Source: Squalus acanthias (taxonomy: Eukaryota). From it: a stretch of 64,000 bases of DNA. The notes beneath the pieces are model-generated. The model was given only the letters and a program-made list of their open reading frames with translations. It did not search any database and was not told where the DNA came from. Shown here one piece after another: positions 25,851 through 39,315 of the stretch. Each line of letters begins with the position of its first letter. Position 1 is the first letter of the stretch. The position numbers and the translations under genes were made by a program. Location of the stretch: positions 62,250,001 to 62,314,000 of the forward strand of contig CM059432.1 in assembly GCA_030390025.1 (NCBI GenBank), given 5' to 3'.

Positions 25851-27499
25851 AACATAACTTTCTAAAAGAGCATTTCTGCACAATTATAAATGCTCGCTAT
25901 CAAACTCAGTAGAAAATCTGACTAAAATCTCCCTTAGTCACAGATTCTTCTGCACAAAATCAGCCTTCTCACCGTGAATCTTTTTGAACAGTTACTCTGT
26001 GCTTTCTAAAAACGGAATCAGGCTTCTGCTGAATTGGAGTCCAGCTTTCCCGTTGCTGTTATGAGATTATTCACTTTCTGTAGAGGAATGAGCCACTCAG
26101 AAGCACACTGTGTGATAGGATTTCCTGTGTCCCATGTAGGGACATGTTTTCAGCATCAAGGACTTTATTATCATGTCTGTGTTGGTGGTATGAATTTGGT
26201 TTGTCAGCCAGTCGTTTGCGATCTTATCCTTTGTTCATCAGGTTAGACATTATGGATTGCAGAGTTCGTGTTTTGCCAAATCTCTTTGGTGAGTTTTGGC
26301 CATAACCTCAATGCCCTGCCAAATCTCCCTCCATTTCACTATAAGCGTTATATGGAATGGATTCCCCAAGCATTTCAAATCACAAAAAACTAGCACTGAA
26401 AGAGAAGAGTAATAAAACTGAGGCTGTTTTTATATCCAGGGCAGGTCAATCCAGTTCAAATTGCCTTTAATAGGCATCTTCATGAGCTGGAAAATTCCTT
26501 TCTGGGCATGAAACATCAATGGCAAACACTTCAAAATTGATCCTTGCAACTCAGCGTCCATTGATTATTATAAACAAGTGCAAACATACTCGCATAAATG
26601 GGAAATGGTGTTGAAAATTAAGTTTTGGTCCGTAAATCCAACTAATCATTTTAATTAATGATTTTCCACTGTATAATGATTTGTACTTTGTGTCACTTGC
26701 TAATTACTCCCAGCATTTTCCTAATGTTGACGGCTTTAGAGTCCTGATCTAGGCATCCATATTATCAAAAGGATTGCTTTTCCCCACCCCATTGTCAATT
26801 TTATGCACTCTGTTCTGTGATATGGTCACAGAAAAAGACAGATGGAACAATCCACTGGGTGAAGCTAATCCTGAAACCCCATAAAACTGTTTTTAAAAGT
26901 TTGAAAACAAAAGTAATCATTAACTGAATTGCTCCACAAGCTGGCATTGAACTTCTGAAAATAGCTTTTCCAAAGATTGGACTCTGTGCATTTTTCACCA
27001 AATCTAATTATTTATAGAGCTTTCCCCTTGCAGAAACAATGATTGCTGTGGTCAATGAGCAATCATTGTTTCTGAAGGAGGAAAGCTTCATAAATACTGC
27101 ACACAGTTCAATCTTTGGAACAGTTATTTTTAGGAGTTTAGTGCTAGCCAGTAACAAAGTATTAAAGGTGGGGAGAAGAGAAGGATATTGTCCTCATATA
27201 CGCATAAAAAAGATAGGAAAGCAACCCTCTTGCGGGGAGGGGGAGGAGGAGGAGAGAGTGACTGTTTCATAGATGCCTACCGAGAAAACTTGTAGGTAAG
27301 TTTCAAAAGAGCTGACTGCTCAAAAGAAAAACAGGCCTGAATGAAGCTTTATGACCAATGCCACTGCTTTAAAATAAGTGAGCAAGTTAAATTCCTTTTT
27401 ATTACTTTGGATTTCAGAATTTTTATTAATGTTTTGGGATCACTTTCCATAGTTCAGTTTATGTTTCTGTGAAAACTGAAATCCAATGACCTCGTGTAT

Positions 27500-28138
27500 G
27501 ACATAGGAAGGAGGAGTAGGCTATTCAGCCCGTTCCGCCATTCAGTTAGATCATGGCTAATCTGTATCTTAACTCCAACTATCCACCTTGGTTCCATATC
27601 CCTTTATACACTTACCTAACAAAAATCTATCGACTGTAGTTTTAAAATTTTCAATTGACCTAGCCTCCACAGCTTTTTGGGGGAGAGAGTTCCAGATTTC
27701 CACTACCCTTTGTCTGAAGAAGTGCTTCCTGACATCACCCCTGAATGGCCTAGCTCTAATTTTAAGGTTATTCCCCCACCAGAGGAAATAGTTTCTCTCT
27801 ATCTATGCTATCATTTCCTTTAATCATCTTAAAACATCTCAATTAGATCACCCCTTACGACATACGAAAAGAAGTAGTTACAATTTGGTTGGAGTTAATG
27901 TATTAGCAGGGATAAAGGATTGGCTAACGGACAGAAAACAGAGAGTACAGATAAACGGGTCATTTTCAGATTGACAGGCTGTAACTAGTGGGGTGACCCA
28001 AGTGGAATCAAGGGATATGGGGATAGGGCAGGAAGGTGGAGTTGAGGTCGAAGATCAGCCATGATCTTATTGAATGGTGAAGCAGGCTCGGGGGAGTTGT
28101 ATGGCCTAATCCTGCTCCTAATTCGTATGTTCTTATTC
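27500..28138. mobile_element. Two short CR1 fragments in opposite orientation
   Basis: Minus-strand 3' end at 27500-27855; plus-strand RT piece joined to a tail at 27885-28138. Confidence 0.65.
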
Positions 28139-30118
28139 CTCAAGTGCAGGAAGATGTCTCATTGCACTTTTAAGTTCCTCTAAGTTCAGGAGGAACAATT
28201 AGCCAATTAATTATGGTACAGGAGCATCAAGTAAACGTTTAAACATTTTCAACAGTCACTCTCCCACATACAATTCCCCTCCGTCCCAGTTCGCAAAGGC
28301 ACTCTACTCCCTCCAGATGTAGTTCATAGACCTACTGCAAGACATTCTTCTTCAACCCCCCATCCCCCCAGTTCATAGTGGCACTCTTTTCCTTTCTGTT
28401 GGCAATCCAATCCGACACTCTTCATCATCTCTGAAATTGTTAAACTGGTACTTTTCTTCCACTCTTCCATCTTCAGGCTGGTGCCGTTCCCTCTTTCCCA
28501 CCTCCAGAGTTCATGCTGGCACTTTCTGCCCAACCTCAGTTCATGCTAGCATGCTAGCACTCTCCTTCCGCACCTCCTCTCAGTTTATATTGGCCGTCTC
28601 CTTCCTCCTCCCTCCGCCTGCCAACCCCACCCCACCAAATCAGTCTCACTCCTAGCTTTTCCCTTAAAGTCAGAGTTCTGCCCCTTTCTCTTTTGCCTTC
28701 CCTGCAGGAATAGCTGAGGGTGGAACATGAGACAGATGTTGCTGACTTGGGCCGTCACCTGAAGAGTCTCAACTAGTCCCTGCTCAAATAACTCCATGCT
28801 CCAACAACTCACTGCATAAAATATGTTCTCTTAACCTCTCCCCTTACTTTCAATTTTAAATTGAATGCCCCTTGCCACTGACTCTGCAGTCAGAGGAAAT
28901 AGTCTTTCTCTAGTCACGCTATCAAAACCCTTCATAATTTAAAAACCTTTATTAAATCTTCTCTTAGCCTTTTCTGCTTCAGTGAAAATAGTCCCAGTAT
29001 CTCAAAGTTAGCAACCACAGGCAAATATCCAAAAAGATAATGCTCTGTAAATTTTTTACTCAACCTGCAGTTATATTATTAATCCAACCATATAATCTAC
29101 ATTTACAACCTCTTAACTTTAAAAATACCAAAAAATATTTTCTGTTTGCATTAACACTTGAATATGTATTTTCCACTTTCTAATCACATTAGGAATTCTT
29201 TCTTAAAATAAATATCAAAATTATTTTCAAAGTCTTTTCTATGATCATTGTACTCAAGTAGCTTTCTCCACACAGTGCCTGGGGACTACCAGAAGAAATC
29301 TTAAAGCTGAATGAAAGGTGAAAATAAAGGGGGAAGAACTGTGTCCTATTGTGTAGGAAGGCAGAGTATTTGGGGAAGTAGTAACCATTGTTTTAGGTGT
29401 GTAGGATTTAGATATATAGCATACATGCCCATTTTCTGCTTAGTGCTCTAAGTTGGTCTAGGACTTTCACACCAAGGATTGAATCCCACATTCAGAGCTG
29501 GTTTATAAGACAGATGTAAGATTTATTTGAATTAGCATAAATATCTGACAGCCTTTCCATAAACAAAATGAAGTAAAGCTGATTGAGCTATTTTTGACTT
29601 ACGAGAAGCTGTGTAGGTTTTAAAATGGTGGACTACTTGTCAGTGGCCATTCATCTACATCCCAACCAAGGTAGAGGGTGTCTAACACATTCTGTTGGAG
29701 ATGGGCATTCTATCTTCAAGTGATCACAAGTATTCAATGAACGGGATGGTTTTAGGAACTGAAGTGAATTGCCAAGACTGACCCTGCTAACTTCTTATCC
29801 CTCATATTGAAGCCATATATTTCCATATCAGTTAACAATATGGAAAAAGTAAATCTAGAAAATTACTTTCAAGTAACTTCTGCAAGTAGTATAAGGGGAC
29901 ACTGGTTCAAACAAGTAAAAGGCAAATTTTGGACTGATACTCGGAAGTTCTTTGCACAGATTGTGATCAGTACATGGCATGGACTTCCAGTTAGAGTAGC
30001 GGAGCCAAAATCATTTAAGAACCAATTGTATGTTGCAATGGGAGGACTTTAGGGTATTTCTGGACAAATGAGCTAATGTGAGCTGAATGGCCTCCCTCAT
30101 CCGTAATTATCTTGTGGC

Positions 30119-30281
30119 CAGTGTTCCTTTTAAACTGTACGGCCGCGCAGCGCTCTGGAGGGGCCGCGCAGCTGGCTCACTGGCTTTTAAATGGAAAAAC
30201 CGCGCATGCGTGGAATTTTGAGTGGGCCGTGCAGCCTGTTAAAGGGGCCGTGAGGCCCAAAAGAAATTAGAGAGAACATTG
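30119..30281. mobile_element. hAT-type MITE, 163 bp
   Basis: CAGTGTTC...GAACATTG TIRs; 8-bp TSD CTTGTGGC/CTTGTGAC (1 mismatch). Confidence 0.78.
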
Positions 30282-30519
30282 CTTGTGACCTTCCTGAAAT
30301 GTACGGCTCATTACTGCAGCTTGCAGTGCTTTTACTGTTAACCAGTCCAGTTACATTTTTAAACCAAAGTGGTACAGAATAGGGCAAATGCATTTGCTTA
30401 ATTCCAAAAACCCAATTATTCATAGAAATAATCATGAAAATGATACCAAAATCAGAAGAATTACTATTGTTATAACCTGGGTTCAATGCTGAAGTTGCAT
30501 TTAATTGGTATGTCAGATA

Positions 30520-31110
30520 TTTTAAGGCCTTTATTATGAGGCATTTTGATAGAGTAGATAGGGAGGAAACTGTTTCCACTGGCAGGAGGGTCGGTAACCA
30601 GAGGACACAGATTTAAGGTAATTGGCAAAAAATCCAGGGGGAAATGAGAAATGTTATTATGCTGCCAGTTGTTATGATCTAGAATGCAGTACCTGAAAAG
30701 GTGGTGAAAGCAGATTCAGTGGTAACTTTCAAAGGGGAATTGGATATCTACTTAACAAAGAAATTTGCAGGGCTATGGGGAAAGAGCAGGGGGAGTGTGA
30801 CTAATTGGATAGCTCTTTCAAAGAGCTGGCATAGGCACGATGGGACAAATGGCCTCCTGTGCTCTGTGATTCTATTCTCTGTCAATAACCTGTGAATTGG
30901 GAGCAGAGGAATCAAATAAGCTCCATCCCACAATTTATCAGTAGTTTAGTAGCCACTGTCTTCATAGAAAAATAGGAGCAGGAGTAGGCCATTCGGCCCT
31001 TCGAGCCTGCTCCGCCATTCAATATGATCATGGCTGATCCTCTATCTCAATACCATATTCCCGCTCTCTCCCCATACCCCTTGATGCCTTTTGTGTCTAA
31101 AAATCTATCG
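30520..31110. mobile_element. CR1 3' fragments (+ 30520-30880, - 30963-31110)
   Basis: TRGHRFKVIG-type coding remnant and CATAGAAA tail. Confidence 0.7.
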
Positions 31111-31819
31111 ATCACAAAGCGGAAACTGAAAAACATTGCGCCCCCCCCCCCCCCCCCCGGCCCAGTCTTCAAATCTGAACTTCGGGTTTTAAGTCAGTAT
31201 TTTTCAACCCATACTTTGCCTATTAATGCGTGCACACAAATGTGAACTAGGATTTGGTGGAAGAGTTAGATGGAATCTCCGATATTAAGAGGTGCAAACT
31301 GGAATGAATTTAGTGCAGAAAAGTTGATGCAGATAAACAAACTGTACTTGACCTGAATGCCAAGCATAACTGAAATGAGTAACACTGTAGCATCCAAAGA
31401 AAGTTATTGTATTGCTAGTTAGATTGACTAACAACAGTAATGGTATACTTGAGTACTGGATGTATGGTTCAGTGTAAAACAGGGTCATCTTTCTGTTCAG
31501 GAAGATCGGACAATGTATTGTCAGCCTATTGAAATCTATGAGGAGTGCCCCGAGTGACAAGCTCTTTAAGAAGAGATACTGGGCTGACTCGTTTCTGCGG
31601 TTCAGTCTAAAGTCCTGGCTCCAGATCCCGGCTCCTTTGTCACAGAAAAAACAGCACTGCCGCTCTGTGCCAGCACTCTGGCCTCAGCACGTTGCTATGC
31701 CTCCAACTCTTGAGTTAATGGGTAGTCAGCGGTTAGATGGAGGTGGGTATTGCAGCCAAAACAAAACCCTCTATGCTAAATGGGGTTTATAGCCCATCAG
31801 TATACCAATCACCTTGCCC

Positions 31820-32460
31820 ATAAATAAATGCGAGGTGGTGCATTTTAGTAAGAGAAATAAGGAGGTTACAATCTCCTTGGAAAATAAGAGTCTAAATTGG
31901 GTTGAGGAGCAGAGAGATCTCCTGGGTGCAGATTCCCAAATCATTTAAAAGTAGCATAAAAAGGCCATAAAAATGGAAACAAAGCACTGGGGTTTATTTC
32001 TAGAGGAATAGAATTGGAAAGAAGAGAAGTTAAACTTGTACAGAACTTTGGTTAGACCACACTTAAATAACTGTGCACAGTTCTGGACTCCATATTACAA
32101 AAAGGATATAGAGGCACTGGAGAAGGTGCAAAAAGGATTTACAAAAAGGATGATACCAAAACAGAGAGATTAGAACTATCAGGAAAGACTGAACAGGCTG
32201 GGGCTCTTTTCTCTAGAAAAGAGAAGGCTGAGGGATGACCTGATAGAGGTCTTTAAAATTATGAACGGGTTTGATAAAGTAGATGTAGAGAAAGTTCAGG
32301 AGAAACTTCTTAATCCAGAGAGTAGTTAGAATGTGGAACTTGCTACCACATGGAGTAGTTGAGACGATTAGCATAGATGCATTTAAGGGGAAGCTAGATA
32401 AGTACATGAGGGAGAAAGGAATAGAAGGATATGTTGATAGGGTGAGATGAAGTAAAGTGA
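31820..32460 (+). mobile_element. CR1 3' fragment
   Basis: LVRPHL..CAQFW, RLRDDLIEVFKIM remnants. Confidence 0.75.
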
Positions 32461-32699
32461 GAGTAGAATTGTTAAAGTGGGAGAAATTATTTGTAATTTT
32501 GTCTGTGAGCTGTGCCACAGGAGATCAACTAATAATTGTAAATGTTAGATGTTTAAAAGTGGTAACGATTACATTTTTTTAAATTACTTACATTTAAATT
32601 CAGTTAATCAATACAATTTTATGTGCAGTTTTGTTTAGATGTTCTGTTTATTTTGATTTAATGGCATACCTATAAGGAGGCATTTTTTTTGTTTATCAG

Positions 32700-32793
32700 G
32701 GACTGTGGTTGGCGTTGATGAGACCACTGCTTTTTCATGGATAGTTTGCAACAGATGCGGAAATGGAAAACTGGAGAAGAAGCGTGGAGTAGG
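32700..32793 (+). CDS. SPIDR: SPIDR coding exon (first CxxC pair)
   Basis: ttatcag|...GG|gtcagt, phase 1/2. TVVGVDETTAFSWIVCNRCGNGKLEK resembles human TVVGVDESTAFSWPVCDMCGNGRLE. Confidence 0.93.
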
Positions 32794-33107
32794 GTCAGTG
32801 CATGAAAATCTGCTGCAAAATGCATGACATGTAGTGGTTATTTAGAAAGTAAACTGCACCATTTTTGTTTAAGGTTTCTGCCTTATTACTTCTATGAGCA
32901 CATTAAAGTTAATGGGATTCTTTTGTTAATCGAATATGTGTATATAGAATAGTAGGAAAATATTTAAAGTAACTAATATAACCCCATAAAACTGAAATAA
33001 TAAACACCTTAAATTTAGCATTTTTCTCCATCTCTAAAGAAAAAGGTAAAATTGAGTAAATCAGTAAAGCTGTGTCTGTGAGGCATTCAGAGAGAAGGAG
33101 ATACTTA

Positions 33108-33921
33108 GGGCTGGATTTTCCAAGCCCCGAGGAGGCGGGCATGGAGGCGGGACAGCCCGTAAAATCGGAGAAAGTGGGGGCGGATGGCAAACCCGCCTCC
33201 GTGCCCACTTGCCAGGAGGCGGGAAGATGTGCAGCTTCGGGTCCCACCTCCTGGAGGCGGGAAAGGCTTTTAATCCTTTTAACTGCCTGTTAACGGGCAG
33301 AAAAAAGGATTAGTGCCATTTTACCATCACATGTGAAGGCTTCCCGACCTCGGAGAACCCCGCCGGGTTGGAGGAGACGTGGAGGAGGTCTGCGGCGGTC
33401 GGAGGCACCTGGAAGTAAGGTGTAGAGGTGAGTGATGGGTGCAAATGTGGAGTGGTAAGTATGCAAGGTGAGTGATTAGTTTAAAAAAGTGTTCACTTAC
33501 CTTTTTTTCCTTCTATAGCCTTTAGCCGCGCTGGATCAGGAGAGCGGACATCCACCCTGTCAATTTCAGGTAATGGCTGATCGACCCTCCGATCCATCAG
33601 ACATCGGAAATTTACTTATTTTCAATGCCTCACCACAAAGACTCATCAAACTAAAGAGAATGTCAGTGTTTGACAGCTTCACAGAGCTGTCAAACGCTGT
33701 CATTTCTTCTTTCAAGAAGTCTTGACAGATAGCACGTCTGACATTGACGTGATCTGTCAGTGACTTCTTCCCTAATTGGCTTGCTGAGCCCGCAGGGTGG
33801 GCTTAACAAGCTCAATCAGGGGAAAATCCCTCTGAATGGTCAGGCGAGGATGGAGGCGGGACATTGACGCGACAAGCAGCAGTCCCGCCTCCAACTCGCC
33901 TCCATTCACAAAATCCAGCCC
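33108..33921. mobile_element. Non-autonomous Harbinger element (MITE), 814 bp
   Basis: TIRs GGGCTGGATTTT...AAAATCCAGCCC identical to the 17717 element; perfect TTA TSD. Confidence 0.9.
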
Positions 33922-34049
33922 TTATAGTACATCTAGATTTTGCTCCTGGTGCAATATAAACTGAAGTGGTATTTTACCTTATGGGTTGATCTGTGGTGAT
34001 TATGCAGATTTAGTTCACTGTATTTTAGAGGAAAATGGGATCCTCTGTA

Positions 34050-34305
34050 TATATTATGGACGCGACTGCTGCCAATGAGCAGGAAGCGGACTGCGCATGC
34101 GCACTGCCGGTTCGTCACAGGAGCAGGTTCGTTTAAAAAAAAAAAGTGCTGGGAGGGAGTGGGCTGCGAGGAAAAATGTCGGGAGAGAGCGGGCTGGTTC
34201 AAAAGTGCTCTGTGGGGGGAAACAAAAGAAGCTTACGGTTCCAGATCAATGCGCAGTACGCTTCTGCGCAGCTTCCGGTCGTTGGCAGCAGTCACTCCGA
34301 TATAT
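34050..34305. mobile_element. CpG-rich foldback/MITE-like element
   Basis: Imperfect ~35-bp inverted ends (GACTGCTGCCAATGAGCAGGAAGC vs GCTTCCGGTCGTTGGCAGCAGTC) in an AT-rich flank. Confidence 0.6.
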
Positions 34306-37300
34306 CATAGCCTTGTAACAAACTTCCAGTCATTTGTCATTCTCTGTGCATCATCATTCATTCATAGAATCATAGAATGGTTACAGCAGGGAAGAAGGCC
34401 ATTCGGCCCGTCGAGCCCGTGCCGGCTCTCTGCAAGAGCACTTTAGCTAGTCCCACTCCCCCGCCCTTTCCCTGTAGCCCTGCAAATTTTTTTCCTTCAG
34501 GTACTTATCCAATTCCCTTTTGAAAGTCGTCATTGAGTCTGCCTCCACCACCCTTTCAGGCAGTGCATTCCAGATCCTAACCACTCGCTGGGTAAAAAAG
34601 TTTGTCACTTTTGGTTCTTCTGCCAATCACCTTAAATCTGTGTCCTCTGGTTCTCGACCCTTCTACCAATGGGAACAGTTTCTCTCTATCTGCTCTTTCC
34701 AGATCCCTCATGATTTTGGACACCTCTATCAAATCTCCTCTCACTCTTCTCTGCTCTAAGGAGAACAACCCCAGCTTCTCCAGTCTATCAACGTAACTGA
34801 AGTCCCTCATCCCTGGAATCATTCTCGTAAATCTTTTCTGCACCCTCTCTAAGGCCTTCACATCCTTCCTAAAGTGCGGTGCCCAGAATTGGACACACTA
34901 GTCCAGTTGAGGCCGAACCAGTGTTTTATACAGGTGGTTCATAATTTCCACGCTTTTATACTCTATACTATACCTCTATTCATGAAGCCCAGGATCCCGT
35001 AAGCTTTTTTTAATTGCTTTCTCAACCTGCCCTGCCACCTTCAACGATTTGTGCACATATACCCCCCAAGTGTCTCTGTTCATGCACCCCCTTTAGGATT
35101 GTACCCTTTAGTTTATATTTCCTCTCCTCACATTTTGGTAGAAAGAATATCACTTCGCACTTTTCTGCGTTAAATTTCATCTGCCATGTGTCCGCCCATT
35201 CCACCAGCCTATCTATGTCCTCTTGAAGTCTATCAATATCCTCCTCACTGTTCACTATACTTCCAAGTTTTGTGTCATCTGCAAATTTTGAAATTGTGCC
35301 CTTTACACCCACATCCACGTCATTAATATGTATCAGGAAAAGCAGTGGTCCTAGAGCCGACCTCTGGGGAACACCACTGTACCTTCCTCCAGTCCGAAAA
35401 ACAACCGTTCACGATTACTCTCTGTTTCCTGTCACTTAGCCAATTTCGTATCCATGCTGCCACTGTCCCTTTTATTCCATGGGCTTCAACTTTGCTGTCA
35501 AGCCTATTATGTGGCACTTTGTCTCAAGCCTTTTGGAAATCCATCTACACCACGTCAACCACATTGCCCTCATTAACCCTCTCTGTTACCTCATCAGAAA
35601 ACTCGATCAAGTTAGTTAAATACGATTTGCCTTTAACAAATCCGTGCTGGCTTTCCTTAATTAATCCACACTTGTCCAAGTGACTGTTAATTTTGTCCCG
35701 GATTATTGTTTCTAAAAGTTTCCCCACTACCGAAGTTAAACTGACTGGCCTGTAGTTGCTGGGTTTATCTTTACACCCTTTTTTGAACAAGGGTGTCACA
35801 TTTGCAATTCTCCAGTCCTCTGGCACCACCCCCGTTTCTAAGGAGGATTGGAAGATTATGGCCAGTACCTCCGCGATTTCTTCCTTTACTTCCCTCAGCA
35901 TCCTAGGATGCATCCCATCTGGTCCCAGTACCTCTATCAAATTTTATCTCATCCAATATCTCCTCTACCTCCTCCTTCAGCCTCTTCTTCCTTGGTGAAG
36001 ACAGATGCAAAGTACTCATTTAGCACCTCAGCCATACCCTCTGCCTCCATGCATAGGTCTCCTTTTTGGTCCCTAATCGGCCCCACCCCTCATCTTACTA
36101 CTCGTTTACTATTTATATGCCTATAGAAAACTCTTGGATTACCTTTTATGTTGGCTGCCATTCTATTCTCATACCCTCTCTTTGCCCCTCTTATTTTCTT
36201 TTTCACTTCTCCTCTGAACTTTCTTTATTCAGCCTGATTCTCAGATGTATTCTCGACCTGACATCTGTCATACGTGCTCTTTTTCTGGCTTCATCTTACT
36301 CTCTATCTCTTTCGTCATCCAGGGAGCTCTGACTTTAGTTGCCTTACCTTTCTCCCTAGTGGGACTGTACCCAAACTATTTCCTCCTTAAAGGCAGCCCA
36401 TTGTTCCATTACAGTTTTGCCTGCTAATCTTTGATTCCAGTTTACCCGGGCCAGATCCGTTCTCATCCCACTGAAATTGGCCTTCCTCCAATTAAGTATT
36501 TTTACTCTAGATTGCTCCCTGTCCTTTTCCATAGCTAATCTAAACCTTATGATACTATGATCACTGTTCCCTAAATGTTCACCGACTGACACTTGCTCCA
36601 CTTGACCTACTTCATTCCCCAGAACCAGATCCAGCAATGCCTCCTTCCTCGTTGGGCCGGCAACATACTGATCCAGAAAGTTCTCCTGAACACACTTCAG
36701 AATTTTTTTTCCCCCTCTGCCCTTTACACTATTACTATCCCAGTCTATATTAGGATAGTTGAAGTCCCCCATTATCACTACTCTATAGTTCTTACATCTC
36801 TCTGTAATTTCTCTGCAAATTTGCTCTTCCATATTTTTCCTACAAGTTGGTGGCCTATAGAATACACCTAGTAGTGTAATGGCACCTCTATTATTTCTTA
36901 ACTCTAGCCATATAGATTCTGTCCTTGACCCCTCCAGGACATCCTCTCTCTCCAGCACTGTAACATTCTCCTTAACCAATACTGCCACACCACCTCCTAT
37001 CTTTCCTGAACACCTTATATCCAGGAATATTTAATACCCAATCCTGCCCTTTTTTGAGCCAGGTCTCCGTTACTGCCACAACATCATATTCCCATGTGTC
37101 TATTTGCGTCTGCAGCTCTCCAAACTTGTTTACTATACTTCGTACATTCACATACATACACTGTAAACCTATCTTAGATCATCCTGTGTTCTCTTTTAGT
37201 CTGAACCCACCTAATACCTTACTATTTATTACTTTAGTGCTATCCGTCTCTCCCAATCCTTTGTGCCCTTTGTTTCTCCTTTCTAATGCTACATCCTGGT

Positions 37301-38095
37301 GCCCATCCCCCTGCCAACTTAGTTTAAAACTTCCCCAACAGCACTAGCAAACCTCCCCGCAAGGATATTGGTACCGGCTCTGTTGAGGTGCAACCCGTCC
37401 TGCCTGTACAGGTCCCACCTCCCCCAGGAATCTGAAGCCCTCCCTCCTGCACCATCTCTCCAGCCACACATTCATCTGCTCTATCCTCCTATTTCTATAC
37501 TAACTCACGCGTCGCACCGGGAGTAATCCAGAGATTGCTACCTTTGAGGTCCTGCTTTTTACTCTTTCCTAGCGCCCTAAAATCTGCCTGCAGGACCTCA
37601 GTCCTCTTTCTACCTATGTCGTTGATACCAATATGGGCCATGACCTCTGGCTGTTCACCCTCCCCCCTCAGAATGTTCTGCAGCCGCTCAGTGGCATCTT
37701 TGACCCTGGCACCAAGGAAGCAACATACCATCCTGGAATCACGTCTGCGGCCGTAGAGACACCTGTCTGTTCCCCTAACTATCAAATCCCCTACCACTAT
37801 TGCCTTCCCACTCTTCCTCTCCCCACCCCCCACCCCCCCCCCCGGTACAGCTGAACCACTCATGGACTTGGCTCTGGCTGTACTCCCCAGAGGAACCATC
37901 GCCCTCACCAGTATTCTGAATACTGGTTGGAGAGCGAGATGCACTCAGACGTCTCCTGCACTACCTGCCTGGTCCTCCTTGTCTGTCTGACGGTCACCCA
38001 TTCCCTCTCTGTCTGCACACACTTATGCTGCAGGGTGACCACCTCCTGAAACGTGCTATCCACGTAGCTCTCAGCCTCATGGATGCACCACTGTG

Positions 38096-39281
38096 AACAT
38101 AAGAACATAAGAAGTAGGAGTAGGCCACTTGGCCCCTCGAGCCTGCTCCACCATTCAATAAGATCATGGCTGATCTGGTCTTGGCCTCAACTCCACTTTC
38201 CTGCCCGCTCCCCATAACCCTTGACTCCCTTATCGTTCAAAAATCTGTCTATCTCCACCTTAAATATATTCAATGACTCAGCCTCCACAGCTCTCTGGGG
38301 TAGAGAATTCCAAAGATTCACGACCCTCTGAGAGAAGAAATTCCTCATCTCCGTTTTAAATGGGCGACCCCTTATTCTGAAACTATGCCCCCTAGTTCTA
38401 GATTCCCCCACGAGGGGAAACATCCTCCCTGCATCTACCCTGTCAAACCCCCTCAGAATCTTATACGTTTCAATAATATCACCTCTCATTCTTCTAAACT
38501 CCAATGAGTATAGGCCCAACCTGCTCAACCTTTCTTCATAAGACAACCCCTTCATCTCAGGAATCAACCTAGTGAACCTTCTCTGAACTGCCTCCAATGC
38601 AAGTACATCCCTCCTTAAATAAGGAGACCAAAACTGTACACAGTACTCCAAGTGTGGTCTCACCAACGCCCTGTACAGTTGTAGCAAGACTTCCCTACTT
38701 TTATACTCCATCCCCCTTGCAATAAAAGCCAACATTCCATTTGCCTTCCTAATTACTTGCTGTACCTGCATGCTAACTTTTTGTGTTTCATGTACGAGGA
38801 CCTCCAGATCCCTCTGTACCGCAGCATTTTGTAGTCTCTCTCCATTTAAATAATAATTCGCTTTTTTATTTTTCCTACCAAAGTGGATAACCTCACATTT
38901 TCCCACATTATACTCCATCTGCCAAATTTTTGCCCAGTCACTTTACCTGTCTACATCCCTTTGCAGACTCTGTGGGCTGGATTTTCATTGACCCGTGGAG
39001 GCGGGTTTGGAGGCGTGTGGAGGGTTAAAATTGTGAAAACTGGCGGGCGGGCACAAGTCCGCCTCCATCCCGCCTCCACGCAATTTTCATTAAATCGTGT
39101 CTGCTGGTCCCGACTGCGTCCCGCCTTTAAGAGACAGGATAGGCTGTTAAGGCCCTTAACAAGCACTAAATTGGCTCTATAATTTCATTTTGAAAGGCCT
39201 TTGTGATTTTAACCCTTGTTCTACGTGAAGCACGCCTGTTCTGAAACACAATTGTGAAACCTGGCGGGAGCACATTTGGCT

Positions 39282-39315
<34 letters not shown>

